Source of the DNA: Lama glama | Taxonomy: Eukaryota | Direction of reading: 5' to 3' | Length of the DNA stretch: 64,000 nucleotides | NCBI GenBank assembly: GCA_028534125.1 | Contig: CM052818.1 | Location: forward strand, 1-64,000 | Part shown: in pieces, positions 36,548 through 50,583 of the stretch | Numbering within the stretch: position 1 is the first letter of the stretch | How the letters are laid out: every line of letters starts with the position of its first letter | Made by a program: the position numbers and the translations under genes | Notes under the pieces: generated by a model | What the model saw: only the letters and a program-made list of their open reading frames with translations | What the model was told of the DNA's origin: nothing | The model's database searches: none

Positions 36548-38637
36548 AACCCTCCTCCCAGCTTTCATCCTCTTGCCTTCTGATCCAGATCCTACATGGC
36601 CATCAGAGTTTACAACTTTCTGGGATCCTCAGCACCTTCATCAGGGTCTTTCAAACCAGGCAAAGCTCCATAATCATCCAATGAATTGACATCTTTAATA
36701 GAGAAGTACTGACATCTCCCAGAGGAAGAAGGAAATTCTGCCTTTCTAGGGAACCTGAATACATCAGTTGTGGGCATAGAAGTGAAGGCAGCAGTTGGCA
36801 GGATTCATCCAGAGTTAGTTAGCAACTGGCAAGGCAGTTGCTGCAAAAGGGCAAGGAGAAGGGAGTTGAAAGTTTGGGCATGAGAGTGAGTGACTGAAAT
36901 AATGGGTTGTGGAAGCTTCATCTGGGTGGGACGGACAAAGGAGTCAACCAGAAGAAAGTCGATGGATGGTGAGAAAACAGAGGGATGACAGGATCCGAGG
37001 TCTCAGTGAGACTGCAGGAGCACGTGCAGACACAGGTGTAAGGTCAGATGCTGGCATCTGACGTGCCGAGTGGGTGTAAGATTTCAGAGGTTGTGCTGAT
37101 TCTGATCACGGTCCAGATGTGGTCATAGAAGTGGATAAGTGAAGAAAAGTCAGGGTTCATCGGAGAAACAACCAATAGTATGTGGGTGTGTGTGCAGAGA
37201 GGGACTTACTTTGGCTCAGTCATGAGGACTGGCAAATTTGAAATCTGCAGGACCAGCCAGCAGGCTGGAGACCCAGGGAAGAGGCGATGTTACATTCCAT
37301 CATAGTCCCTATGCATTTTTCAAATTTTTACTATTATAAGAAGTTTGGTAATAACCATCCTTGTCTAAAATCGGATCCTTTTTTCTAAGTATTCTATGTG
37401 TATACCACTTTGTATGTTAAGATAATACACTGTCTTTTTCCAAAATGTGTATGTCTGGACTGTGGATCCACCAAATGAACGTTGAAATTGCAGAGCATGA
37501 CACCATGTGGAGAGGAAGCCTCTGGGCCATGAACCTAAATCTACTTTAAATCCAGACAGAAGATGGATCCGCCTCATGGTTAAAGTTGTCCAGGATGACA
37601 CAGAACTTGGGCTGGGCAAAAACACCATGATCTGGGTCCCTAGAAGCTCAAGGACCAGGAAGAAGCTCACAGAGCACACTGGTGAGACAGGCTGCTTCTG
37701 TCCCAAAGGAGAAAGGGTTTTAGAAGAGGGTGGAGGAAAATGTTTGGGGAAGGGCAACAAGATGCTGGAAGAATTCTGCCGAGCTGCCCCCACACCACAG
37801 ATGGAGCTGGTGAATGAACGGCCTGGTGCTCTCCAGGGAGAACTGGGTTTGAAAAAGGCAGGGAAAGTTTTGTTTGTTTTTGTTTGCTTGTTTTTATTTA
37901 TTTTTAAAGAGATGCAGGCTAGAAGAAGTTGTGTTTACTGGAACCACTGGTTCCAAAGACTTGCTGGAATGGGACTTGAATTCTGTGTATAAAAGGCACT
38001 TGCAGCTTGGTGGGATTAGCTGGGCTCAGGTCCAGAAGGAAATCTTATATTTCCAAAGTTTTTATCTTTCTAAAATTCAACTGCCAGTACCTTTGCATGG
38101 CTCACAAGGCCCCCTCAAGTCAGCCTCCCGTCTTTTTGCTCCGGCCTTTAGCGCTTACCACTGCCCAGTTAGCCCTTCCCAGGACAGCCGGGGGGTGGCT
38201 TTTCCAAAAAAGCCAGTGCCTTCCTGCAGGCTTGCCTTGTGTCTTATCATTCCTTTCCTAGAATACCCTTCACTCTCTCTGCCAGGTACGAATCCAATGA
38301 TGTAGCTACTAAATGGGCTCTCCTGAAAATAAACAAGTAAGTCCTGATTTGTAATACTCGCCAATTTCTGTGATGTAAATATTCCCATTATGGCTGATTT
38401 CTGGTTATCAACATGAGGTCACTGAACAGGAAGTTGAAATGAGACAGTTTCCTCTCGGGAGCCAGAACCAACAGCTCCAACACACCACTGTCTCCCAGGA
38501 GATCATCATTACATAAAATGAAAATACAAGCTACAGCCATACATAAAACATAGTGGAAAGCTAGATCCTAAAGGATCAGCAGTGTTAGCTCCTGGCAGCA
38601 GAAGCAAGGATGATTTTGTTCTTCTTTTTATTGTCCC

Positions 38638-39075
38638 CGTAGTGAGTCAAAGAATGCATCCCCACCCGCCACCCAATTTCATTCAATTCATGTCCACTCA
38701 GAACCTCAGAAAGTGACATTATTTGTAAAAAGCATAATTAGTTAAGGATCTCAAGATGAACTAATCCTGGACTGGTGTCCCCCTAGGAAGAGAAGACAAA
38801 GACACAGAGTAGGAGGTGAGGTGAAGATGGAGGTGAAGATGGGACTGGCATGTCTACAAGCCAAGGAACGTCTAGGATTGATGGCAACTAGGAAGCCAGG
38901 AGAAGCCAGGAGAGGCATCAGCTTGTTTCTCCCGCAGAGACTCCAGCAGAAATCAACCTGCCGACACCTTGATTTTGGACTTCTGGCTTCCTGAGCTCCA
39001 AAAGAATACATTTCTGTCGCCATAGGCCACCCAATGTTTGACCATTTGTTAGAGCAGCCCTGGGAAACTGACACA
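38638..39075 (+). mobile_element. MaLR LTR (MLT1B/C-like)
   Basis: cagaacctcagaaagtgacattatttg...caacctgccgacaccttgattttggacttctgg...tttgttagagcagccctgggaaactgacaca. Confidence 0.8.
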
Positions 39076-39997
39076 GTCCCATCTTTTAATTTTTCTGTAT
39101 TGATTATATGTTACTATATCCTTTAACTTAAATGAAAGTTTGATGTCTCTCTGTTACATATTATATTCTTGTCTGTCTTTCTAGCCTCACCTCCTCTGCC
39201 TGCCCCCTCAGAACTTACCCTTCTCTGACAGTGGACCATCTTGCAGATTCACTGGCATGCCATGTCTTTACATAGTCTGTCCCGTAGGATGGGTCTCAGG
39301 CATGTGATCGGTGCAGTCACACAAGGCTCCCCACTCTGAGGGCTCCGTGGTTGCTGCCTTGAAATTCTTAATAATTGTGTCTTTGAACTTGTAAGTCCAC
39401 TGGGGTCATGGAGCATGTGCAGGGGCTCACAGCCTCGGCTCATGTGCGATCCCACCTCCACCCCTTCCCTGAGATGAGTTCTTGGCCGTTTGCTCCTTGC
39501 CCTGGAGCCCAGTATCCCCCTCCCCACTGCATGACAGCAGCTGCCTTCTGCTGGGGTGACAGCTGGGTCATTCCTCCATTGCCCTCCAGCCCCAGCCAGG
39601 GCCTGGGTTCATGAGTCGGGAGGGTCAGGGTTGGGCGTGCTCCCTGGAGGGCGGTGGCAACCACCCCTGCCCTGGGCTGGCAGTGCTCTAGTGATGATTT
39701 TTAGCAGGTGACTCAGTGGGGGCCCCTTTCCCGCTCCCGACACAGGTTCTGAATGTGTCCTTGCACAGAGGTTGCAATCTTTTGGGATCACCCATCAGAC
39801 ATGAATTGGGACAGTGAGCCCATGGGAAGAAGAGAATGAATTCTCAGGCCCAGCCTTACATTCTCACTCTGCACTGGCTCCTACAAATAATGCAGCTGAC
39901 CGCGCTGTACCTGAAATGCCCTTCATTGCTTCTCCCCCTGTTGCACACACAATAATAGTAACAATATTAGTAACTATCATTTACTGAATTCTTTGCT

Positions 39998-40142
39998 TTT
40001 GGAGGGTTTTTTGTTTTTGTTTTGCAGGGAGAGGTAATCAGGTTGTTTTTGTTTTTGCTTTTTTCATGGTGGTACTAGGGATTGAAACCAGGACCTCATG
40101 CATGCTAGGCATGCGCTTCTACCACTGAGCTGTACCGTCCTC
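39998..40142 (-). mobile_element. Vic-1-like SINE
   Basis: Typical body; TSD ctgaattctttgct (39984-39997) / ctaaattcgttgct (40143-40156). Confidence 0.85.
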
Positions 40143-40759
40143 CTAAATTCGTTGCTGTGTACCAAGTACTTTAGACTGTAAGAAAGACAGGGATGGTTGA
40201 AATTCTAGGTAGCACTTATGAGTAAAGTGCAGATAAAGCAGACATGGTTTCCGGATGAGGGATCTGGGAGTCGGAGGTGTTGGAGCTGGTGGCCCCGAGG
40301 GATTTACAGCAATTCAATGTGCCCCTGGCCTCCTTGTTCTGAGAGGAGGCCCAGGTGGGAGGCTCTGTTCTTGAATAATGGGAACAAGCAGGGAGCAACT
40401 ACGAGTCTGCAGAACCAGCAAGGAACACATTGTAACACCTTAGAACTGGATGACTCAGTGCCTTCTGAGGACCTCTTTTGGGTGGCTTTCAGATCTTTTT
40501 TAACCCAAAGAGAGAAGCAACTAGATTTGAGCAAGCCCTGTGAAGTCTGTCCCTCCCAGATGTTTCTCTGACTGTGCATAAAATCCCAACTAATCATTCA
40601 AAGGTCAGTCCTCACCTCCCTGCCACTGTGTCAGAGAAGAGAATTTCTCTAGGGCTTGGGGAACCAACCCAGGGGACCCCACACTAAAGGGTGACTAATA
40701 AATGATGGAGGCAGCTGGCCAGCTCGGAGCAAGGGGCACTGTTCCAGCTTAGGCACACT

Positions 40760-41310
40760 ATAATTTTTTTTATTGAGTTATAGTCAGTTTCAAATGTTGT
40801 GTCAATTTCTGGTGGACAGACAATTCTTCAGTCATACATGAATATGCATATATTCATTTTCATATTCTTTTTCACCATAACCTACTGCAAGATATTGAAT
40901 ATAATTCCCTGTGCTATACAGTATAAACTTGTTTATCTATTTTATATATACTAGTCAGTATGCAAATCTTGAACTCCCAGTTTATCCCTTCCCACCTTCC
41001 TCTCCTCTGGCAACCACAAGCCTTATTCTATGTCTGTGAGTCTCTTTCTGTTTTGTATATAAGTATATTTGTCTTTTTTTTTATTTTAAATATGAGTAAT
41101 ATCATATGGTATTTTTCTCTCTCTTTCTGGCTTACTTCACTTAGAATGACATTCTCCAGGGCCATTCATGTTGTTGCAAATGGCATTATTTTATCACTTT
41201 TTATGGCTGAGTAGTAGTCCATTGTGTAAATATACAACAGCTTCTTTATCCAGTCATCTGCCGATGGACATTTAGGTTGTTTCCATCTCTCGGCTATTGT
41301 AGATAGTTAA
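40760..41310 (-). mobile_element. 5'-truncated L1 3' end
   Basis: L1 3' UTR similar to 44370-44925; 12-bp TSD cttaggcacact at 40748-40759 and 41311-41322. Confidence 0.9.
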
Positions 41311-42710
41311 CTTAGGCACACTTCAGACTTCAACATGAGGGCTTATTAAAATGGAGCTGGGCTCTAGCACCAGAGTTTCTGCTGCAATACTCCTGGGATG
41401 GGGCCAAAGATTTGCATTTCTAACAAGTTCCCAGGCAAGGCCAATGCTCCTGGTCTGGGGACCACACTTTGAGGACCACAGCTTTAAACCCAGAGCAGAG
41501 TAGGTTAAGTAAGGGCCTTTGGAAAGATAACTCCAAGTGATGGAAATGTTAGCTATCTTGATTGCGGTGGTGGTTTCAGAACTGTATACATCTATCAAAA
41601 TTCATTAAGTTGAACATCTGAAATATGTATCATTTACTGTACAGAAATTATACCACAACAAAGTTGTTTAAAAAGAAAAGAGAACTCCACAGACCCATTC
41701 TGCAACATGGCTGTCATCAAACTGCTACCCCATCTCTTTCCCCAAATTCCCCATCTTCCAGACATTCCTGAACTCTTGTGGTTCCCCCAAACCTCCCCAC
41801 TATTTCCCACGTTCATGCCTTTGTCTTCTTTAAATACAGAACCATATAAAAAAAATAAAATAGAATCCACTCTATGGAGTTCCCAGTGGTAACTGACCCT
41901 GACATTTGGCTGTGCCAGGTTAGAAAGAATAGAATGAGTGGCCAGCAAGTTACCTTGGAGCAAAGTTTGCCTCCAGAAAAACCTTTCAAGTGCCTGCTTT
42001 CCCATGCTCAAGGGATGCAGCTGCAGCATTGCCTCGGGAAGGGTGGCAGTACAAGCCGTTCTTCCCTGCTACAATGACTGCTCTTCTAGTGAAGGTTTGC
42101 CAACTTGGGCATATCTTATTCTTGTGTAGCATTTCACAAAACACATTGGAATATGTGGCCTTATTTGGGTTAAGTGTTTGCTGAAATTTGTGATTTGCTC
42201 AAGGTCTAATAAACAGAAGTCAAGACTGAAATCCTGGTCTTCTGCCTCCAGGATTTCACATGGTGAAATTTCCTGTAGCTCTTCTGATGTGATGAGGTTT
42301 TCCGTCAAGATCTTGTAGCTAGTCCCACAGCGTGGTTGACCACTGCCTGAGGTGGTCTCCTGACGATGACAATCACACTGTCACTTCTAGCAGCTTTTTC
42401 CCTTGCAGAGATGTACCTTCCCCAGCTCTGTCCCCACTGTCCCCAGCAAAATACCCTGGGGCAGAAACCCTCACCTCCAAGTCACTCTCCTGGTCACCTC
42501 TGTGCACTGTTACCAGCCCCCTCACCCTTTTGCCCCATTTTCCTCCTCACTCTGATTGGTGGTCACAAAGAGAATACTCAGAATTAGACTCTTGGATGGT
42601 GAAGGGTCATGAGAAATTATGGAAGCCATATGGCCCAGGGGTCCCTGGAGCTGGAGGCCTGAAAGTTGTCCACTTACCCACTGGGTGATTTGGACAAGAA
42701 ACCTGTATCT

Positions 42711-44929
42711 CTCACTAAAATCTGGACAAGACAAGGATGCCGACTCTCACTACTTCTATTCAACATAGTCTTGGAAGTCCTAGCCACAGCAATCAGGCAA
42801 AAAAAAGAAATAAAAGGGATCCAAATTGGACGAGAAGAGGTAAAATTATCATTATACGCAGATGACATGATACTATATATAGAAAACCCTAAAAGCTCCG
42901 CACAAAAACTACTAGAAGTGATAAAAGAATTTGGCAAGGTAACAGGATACAGATTTAACATACAGAAATCAGTTGAATTTATTTGCACTAACAATGAAAT
43001 AGCAGGAAAAGAAAATAAGGAAACAATTGCTTTTAAAATTGCATCCTAAACAATAAAATACTTAGGAATAAATCTGACCAAGGTGGTGGAAGACTTGTGC
43101 ATGGAGAACTACAAAACATTGATTAAGGAAATTAAAGATGACTTAAAGAAATGGAAAAATACCCCATGCTGTTGGATTGGAAGAATCAATATTGTTAAAA
43201 TGGCCACACTGCCCAAGGCAATCTACAGATTTCATGTGATCCCTATCACATTACCCAGGACATTTTTCACAGAACTAGAACAAATAATCCTGAAATTTAT
43301 ATGAAATCACAAAAGACACAGAATTACCAAAACAATATTGAAGAAAAAGAACAAAGCTGGAGGAATAACCCTCCCAGACTTCAGGCAATACTACAGAGCT
43401 ATAGCCATCAAAATAGCATAGTATTGACAGAAAAACAGACATATGGATCAATAGAACAGAACAGAGAGCCCAGAAATTAATCCAAAGACCTACAGTCAAT
43501 TAGTCTTTGACAAAGGAGGCAAGAACATACAGTGGAGAAAAGGCACTCTGTTCAGCAAGTGGTGCTGGGAAAACTGGACAGCTGCATGGAAATCAGTGAA
43601 GTTAGAACACTCCCTCACCCCATACACAAAAATAAACTCAAAATAGCTAAAAGACTTATATATAAGACAAGACACAATAAACCTCCCAGAAGAAAACATA
43701 GGCAAAACATTCTCTGACATAAATCTTAGCAATGTTCTCCTCACGCAGTCTACCCAGACAATAGAAATGAAATAAAAAATAAACAAATGTGACCTAATCG
43801 AACTTATAAGCTTTTACACAGCAAAGGAAACCGTGAGCAAAACAAAATGACAACCTATGGAATGGGAGAAAATATTTGTAAATGGTGTGATGGACAAAGG
43901 TTTAATTGCCAGAATATATGAATAGCTCATACAACTCAATAACAAAAAAACAACCAACCCAATCCAAAAAATGGGCAGAAGATCTAAACATGCAATTTGT
44001 CCGTGAAGACATACAAATGGCGAATAGGCACATGAAAAAATGCTCAATATTGCTAATTATCAGAGAAATATAAATCAAAACTACAGTGAGGTATCACCTC
44101 ACACCAGTCAGCATGGCCATCATTCAAAAGTCCACAAATGATAAATGCTGGAGAGGGTGTGGAAAAAAGGAAACTCTCCTACACTGTTGGTGGGAATGTG
44201 GTTTGGTGTAGCCATTATGGAAAACAGTATGGAAATTCCTCAAAAATCTAAAACTAGATATGCCATATGATCCAGCATTCTCCCTCCCAGGCGTATATCT
44301 GGATGGAACTCTAATTCAAAAAGAAACACACACGCCAATGTCCATAGCAGCACTGTATACAATAGCCAAGACATGGAAATAACCTAAATGTCCGTTGACA
44401 GATGACTGGATAAAGAAGTTGTTGTATATTTATACAATGGAATACTTCTCAGCCATAAAAAAGAATAAAATAATGCCATTTGCAGCAACATGGATGGACC
44501 TAGAGGTCATCATTCTAAGTGAAGTAAGCCAGAGGAGAAAGAAAAATACCATATGATGTCACTCATATATGGAATCTTTAAAAAAGAAAAAAAGAGGCCA
44601 CTAATGAACTCATCTATAAAACAGAAGCAGACTGGCAGACATAGTAAACAATCTTATGGTTACCAGGGGAAAGGGGATAGGAAGGGATAAATTTGGGAGT
44701 TTGAGATTTGCAAATGATAACCACTATATAAAAAAATAGATAAAAAACAAATTTCTTCTGTATAGCACAGGGACCATGTTCAATATCCTTTAATGAAATG
44801 TAATATAATAACCTTTAATGAAAAAGCATATGAAAATGAATATATGTATGTATATGCTTGACTGAGACATTGTGCTGTACACTATAAATTGACATGTTGT
44901 AACTGATTGTATTTCAATTTAAAAAAAGA
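42711..44929 (+). mobile_element. 5'-truncated, inactivated L1 (~2.2 kb: RT domain to poly(A))
   Basis: [20 protein letters not shown]...[14 protein letters not shown]; several stops and frameshifts; TSD aagaaacctgt at 42696-42706 and 44930-44940; interrupts a MIR. Confidence 0.95.
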
Positions 44930-44983
44930 AAGAAACCTGTTTCTTTGTCTGTAAAATGTGGATGATAATCTGAGCAATAGATT

Positions 44984-45400
44984 TGTTACCGAGTCCAAAC
45001 TCATTCTGCTCGCCACAGGACAGGACAATAAATCAGGAAAGGAGGTGTTGGGGCAAGGAATAGCGACTTTATTTGGAAAGTTGGCAGACCGAGAGGATGG
45101 CAGACTAATGTCTTGGAGAAACATCCTATTCCAGTCAGAATACAGGCTCCTTTTATATTAAAAAAAAAAAAAAACAGGGGAGGGGTGTGGTTGGTTGTTG
45201 CAAACTTGCTGCAGGAATTCTTTGGTCTTGTAGTCACCAATGTGGGTCAGGCCATGGTGTCCCTGTAAACCTCCAACAAAACAAAGGTTATTCTCTGTTG
45301 TGCAACTTGCTATCGCTACATAAGTGCAGAAGTGCTAACATCCTTAAAGGTCAGAGCCCTGAGAACAGGCTCTCCTGTAGATTTCAGGCTAAAGGCAACG
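44984..45400 (-). mobile_element. ERV1-type LTR fragment
   Basis: Begins tgttacc; minus-strand aataaa (~45067-45072) and tataaaa (~45151-45157) in LTR order. Confidence 0.6.
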
Positions 45401-45679
45401 TTACTTCTAAAGACCCCTCTTTTAAACCAGTGGTTTTCAAACTTTCATGTGCATTAAAATCACCTCCCTGCTCGTGGAAGGTATATTGTCATAGTTGCCA
45501 GTGAGTGATTGCAGTGTCTCCTCCACTGCCAAGGACAGCTGGGGGCTCACTGAACCACCACTGTGGTAGAGGGACCTTTGCAGAATTAGCCAGCAGGAGT
45601 CAGGGCACGGGGACTGTATCTATCCGGAGGTCATAACCTAGTTATCCTCTCCCCAGGTCCAGGCAGGAGGGGGTCTTGT

Positions 45680-46640
45680 TGTTTTAAATCAGCTTTCCTG
45701 AGGCATGATTCACACACAGTAAACTGTACTGATTTAAAATGTACAATTTAATGAATTTTCTCAAGGGTATGCAGTCATGTAAGGACCACCACAATTGTAT
45801 AGCATTATATATCATCCCTCCAAAATTCATCCAGGCTCCTTTGTGTCAATCCCCCAGCTTCCGACCACCACCTGTCTATTTATATCCTTATAATTTCATC
45901 TTTCCGAAAAGTCATGGAATAGGCAGTGTGCAGCCTTTGTTTTCTGGTTTCTTTCTCTAGCATAATGCTTTTGGGATTCATCCATTTGGTTACCTATATT
46001 GATAGCTAATTCCTTTTCAATTTTGAGTTGTATTCCATTTTGCAGAAGTTCCACATTGCTTCATCTACTCACCAGTTGAGAGACACTGGGTCATTTCCAG
46101 TTTGAGACGGTATAAATAAAGCTGCTATAAATATTCCCACACAAGTCTTTCAGTAAAAACATTTTTATTTCTCGTGGTTTAATACTTTGAAATTTGATTG
46201 CTGGGTCATATGGCAAGAGTATGTTTAAACCTTATAAAAATCTACCAAACTATTTTCCCTACTGGCTCTATCATTTGACATTCCCACCAGTAGTGTGAGA
46301 TTTCTATTGCTCTACATTCCTGCCAACACTTGGTATTGTCAGGTTTTTTTTAAGTCACTTGAATAGGTCGGTGTACAGTGATAGCTCATTGTGGCTTTAA
46401 TTTGTATATTCTTAGTTACTAATGGTGTTGAGCATCCTTTTATGTGCTTATTTGTCATCTGTACCTTGTCGAATGTGAAGTATCAGTTGAAATCTTTTGT
46501 CCATGTCCTGTTTAGGTGGTTTATGTATTCTGGAGACAAGCCTTTATCAGATCTGTATCTTGCAAATACTTTCTCCTAGTCCATAGCTTCTCTTTTCATT
46601 TTTTTGAGCACTGTCTTCTAAAGAGCAAAAAATACTTTAA
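45680..46640 (-). mobile_element. Old L1M 3' fragment
   Basis: Translates to ALICIFLVTNGVEHPFMCLFVIC, typical of antisense L1 ORF2 end; cattcccaccagtagtgtgag. Confidence 0.8.
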
Positions 46641-46779
46641 GTGGTCACCTCTGAGATGTGGATGGGGTTAACTCAGGAAGACCCTGCCAACCACGGGACT
46701 TTCTTTTCTGAAGGAATCATGATCTCAGGGGTCAGGAGGAGAATTCGCGTCAGGGTTTCAGGAAGACATTTAGAATTGG

Positions 46780-47168
46780 TATCACTTTACCAAATACCAC
46801 AGACTCAGGGGCTTAACAACAGAAATTTCCTTCTGAAAGTTCCGCAAGCTGGAAGTCCAAGATCAAGGTGCCTGCTGGATTGGTTTCTTCTGATGCGTCC
46901 CTCCTTGGGCTGTAGATGGGCACCTTCGCACTGTGTCCTCACATGCTTTTTCCCTCTGGGCACATACATCCCTGGTGTCTCTTCATTTGTCCAAGTTTCC
47001 TCTTCTTATAAGGATACCAGTCAGAATAGATTAGGGCCCACCCCAGTGGGCTCAATTCTACTTAACCACTTTTAAAGGTCCTATCTGCAAATACAGTCAC
47101 ATTCTGAGGTAGTAGGTTTTGGGGCTTCAGCATATGAATTTTAGGGGCTAAAATTCAACCCATAACAG
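46780..47168 (-). mobile_element. MaLR LTR (MLT1A/B-like)
   Basis: caaataccacagactcaggggcttaacaacagaaattt...gctggaagtccaagatcaaggtg...aattcaacccataaca. Confidence 0.8.
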
Positions 47169-47396
47169 AATTATATGCTTATGTATGTGGGAAGAGCCTA
47201 CAAGGTCCTCAGGAGTTAAAGAATCCATTGACTTTGGTACAATAACTAATTTTCCTGTTTTCGTTCTTGCCCCCACAAAACTATTTTCAAAACAGCATCC
47301 AAAAAATTAAAAAACAAAGCAAAACAAAACAAAAAACCCCAAGCATCCATAATTACTCCTAAAACGTCAAATTGTGTCACTGTTCTAATGGCTTCC

Positions 47397-48680
47397 TGTG
47401 GTAGGCTGATTAGAGGTCCCCAAAGATGTCACATCCTAGTTCTCAGAACCTGCGAGTATATTACCTTACATGGTAAAAAAAAAAAAAATTGTTGCAGATG
47501 TGATTAAGTTCAGAGTCTTGCGATGGAGAGTTTATCTTAGATTATCCAGGTGGACCCAATGTAATCGTAAGTGTTCATATAAGAGGGAGGCAGGAGTGTC
47601 AGAGTCAGAGAAGGAAATGATATCAACGAAGCAAAGTTTGGAGTGCTGTAGCCACAAGCAAAGAAAAGCCAGCCGTGATAGCAGGTTACAAAATTAATGT
47701 TCAAAAATCAGTTGCATTTCTTTACACTAACGATAAATCAACAGAAAAAGAAAGTAAAGAAACAATCCCCTTTAAAATAGCACCCAAAGTAATAAAATAT
47801 CTGGGAATAAATCTAACCAAGGAGGNNNNNNNNNNNNNNNNNNNNNNNNNNNNNNNNNNNNNNNNNNNNNNNNNNNNNNNNNNNNNNNNNNNNNNNNNNN
47901 NNNNNNNNNNNNNNNNNNNNNNNNNNNNNNNNNNNNNNNNNNNNNNNNNNNNNNNNNNNNNNNNNNNNNNNNNNNNNNNNNNNNNNNNNNNNNNNNNNNN
48001 NNNNNNNNNNNNNNNNNNNNNNNNNNNNNNNNNNNNNNNNNNNNNNNNNNNNNNNNNNNNNNNNNNNNNNNNNNNNNNNNNNNNNNNNNNNNNNNNNNNN
48101 NNNNNNNNNNNNNNNNNNNNNNNNNNNNNNNNNNNNNNNNNNNNNNNNNNNNNNNNNNNNNNNNNNNNNNNNNNNNNNNNNNNNNNNNNNNNNNNNNNNN
48201 NNNNNNNNNNNNNNNNNNNNNNNNNNNNNNNNNNNNNNNNNNNNNNNNNNNNNNNNNNNNNNNNNNNNNNNNNNNNNNNNNNNNNNNNNNNNNNNNNNNN
48301 NNNNNNNNNNNNNNNNNNNNNNNNNAGTCACAGAGAAAAAAATGTGACAATGAGTGTGTATATGTCCATGAATGACTGAAAAATTGTGCTGAACACTGGA
48401 ATTTGACACAACATTGTAAAATGATTATAAATCAATAAAAAATGTTAAAAAAAAAAAAAGAAAGAAAGAAAAGCCAGCAGCCTCTAGAAGCTGGAAGTGA
48501 CAAGGAACAGATGGTCCCCTGGAGTCTCCAGAAGGAACCAGCCCTGCCAACTCCTTGATTCCAATCTTAAGACTCATTTCAGACTTCTGACATCCAGAAC
48601 TGTCAGAGGATACATTTGTGTTGGTTTAATCCACTACATTTGTACTAATTTGTCACAACAGCAATAAGAAAACCAAAACA
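47397..48680 (+). mobile_element. MaLR LTR (MLT1D-like), split by a young L1
   Basis: tgtggtaggctga...ccccaaagatgtcacatcct...; resumes at 48479 with cctctagaagctggaa...taatttgtcacaacagcaataagaaaacc. Confidence 0.8.
47674..48464 (+). mobile_element. Young 5'-truncated L1 containing a 500-N gap (47826-48325)
   Basis: Open ORF2 frame [18 protein letters not shown]...[10 protein letters not shown]; poly(A); perfect 14-bp TSD aaagaaaagccagc at 47660-47673 and 48465-48478. Confidence 0.92.
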
Positions 48681-49332
48681 TTTCCTATATCACACTGTAA
48701 AAGCCGAAGTTCTCACAATGGCTGTAAGACTCTCCATGACATGCCCCCTGTTACCTCTCTGATCACATCTCCTGCAGCTTTCCCCTTTTGCTCACACTGC
48801 TGTAGTCACACTCACCTCCTTGCTGCCCTGCCTCAGGACCTTTGCACCTGCTGTCTCCTTGCTGCCTGAAATTATCTTTCCCCAGAAAGCAAATGACTAG
48901 CGGGCTAGATCTCTAAATCTTTCCAGTTACAAATGATCTTGTTAGGGACACCAAATGTTCACTGCGAACACATTATCTATTTCAGACCCATTCCTGGCAT
49001 CTTTTTATCTTGATCTCTCCAACAGTTTGGCTCAAAGAGTCAGACTCTTCTCTTGAATTCTTGCACTACTGACATGCACAGGATTCAGGGCTCATTACAG
49101 AATATACACTGGCTGCCCTTTGACATCTATGGTTTGGTGATTGAAGCCTTTAGTTCTGCACAATTTTACTTTATATCAAAGGTTTGTTTTCTCAGGTACA
49201 GTTTAAAGTTTTTGAAGGCTGGACCACCTATCACATGGAGTAAGAGTCAAATGCTAATTTAGGAAGTGAACTAACTTTTGAACCTAGTCTCTTTACTTCA
49301 TTTAATCCTTACAGCATTAAATGATTCTTTTT

Positions 49333-49478
49333 TAAAAATCATTTTGTTTTGAATAGGGAGGTAACTAGGTTTATTTATTTTTAATTTATTATCATTTTTC
49401 AGTGGAGGTACTGGGGATTGAACCCAGGACCTTGTGCATGCTAAGCGCATACTCTCCCACTGAGCTATACCCTTCCCC
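49333..49478 (-). mobile_element. Vic-1-like SINE
   Basis: Typical body; flanks cattaaatgattctttt / catcagatgactctttt. Confidence 0.88.
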
Positions 49479-50060
49479 CATCAGATGACTCTTTTAATGA
49501 GACTTAAGCTATGAAAACTTAATGTTAAACTAGAACAGGATAATTGAAGTATTCAAGGATGAACTGTTAAGATGCCTGTGATATAGTTAAAAAAAAAAAA
49601 AAAAGAAACCAGAGGGCCATATAAACAAGAACAGCAAAAGCTGATATTGTTAAAGCTGGGTCCTGGATTCAGAGGGGTTCATTGTTCAATTCTCTCCACT
49701 TTTTAAGAGTGTTTTTAAATTTCCCAATAAAAAGTTCAAAAAGAAAAGGTCAGAATGGAATAAATCCTATAGACAATTAAGAGACAAGATATTTGGAGAA
49801 TTCCACCCATCCTCCTTTCAAAAGGTAAAAGGAATTACTTAAAAGTCCCACATCCACATATAGATTTGCCTTTTCCCACATCCTCTGGTCCAGCTCAGTT
49901 GTTCATTTTTGGGGAGAAGCAGGAGATGATAAGATGTATATAATATAAAAGATAATTTTTAAGTGTACAATTCAGTGGCATTCATTACATTCGCAAAGTT
50001 GTACCACCATCATTAGTGGCTCTTAAATGTTCAATGTTTGTGTGCAAATAAATTACTAAG

Positions 50061-50583
50061 TGTGGCATCAATTGGTGCCTGCGGAGGTCCTGCAGCCCCC
50101 AAACTTCCAGCCCTTTGGCATCTGCCTGCTCCTCTGCAGGATATAAACTCCTGATGGCTCTTTGCCTTTACACAATCAGCAACCCTGAGAAATGGCTAGT
50201 CTCACCATAGGTCAGGTAGACTTGTCACAGCCCACATCTTCCCTTATTGGAGTCATAAATTTCACTGCCTTGCTTGTGTCAGCCCATGTCTCCAACTTAC
50301 TGGAGTCATAAATCCACTATCTTCCCATATACCAAAGCCCCTTGCCTCACTTATAGCCAATCAGAAGTCTGTTCCCCCATCCCTTTGTGTTCATAGCCTC
50401 TTCCTCAATAAAACACCCTACATGTTCACACTTGGTGGACACATAGGGACCTCTTGCCTGCGTGGCCCACTGTTGTCTGTAGCAGTGAACGTATTAAACT
50501 GTCCTTTGTTCTTGAACTTCTCCCTTTCTGGTAAATTCTTCCTACCAACCCGCATCACCGGCCCCACCAAGTGCCCCCCAACA
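50061..50583 (+). mobile_element. Complete solo LTR (family not identified)
   Basis: TG...CA termini with 5-bp TSD ctaag (50056-50060, 50584-50588); CCAAT box ~50357, aataaaa ~50408, attaaa ~50493. Confidence 0.75.

Noticed and set aside
42666..43304. Reverse-transcriptase ORFs with YADD as an active or domesticated RT
   Set aside because: 5'-truncated L1 ORF2 broken by stops and frameshifts, with poly(A) and TSD.
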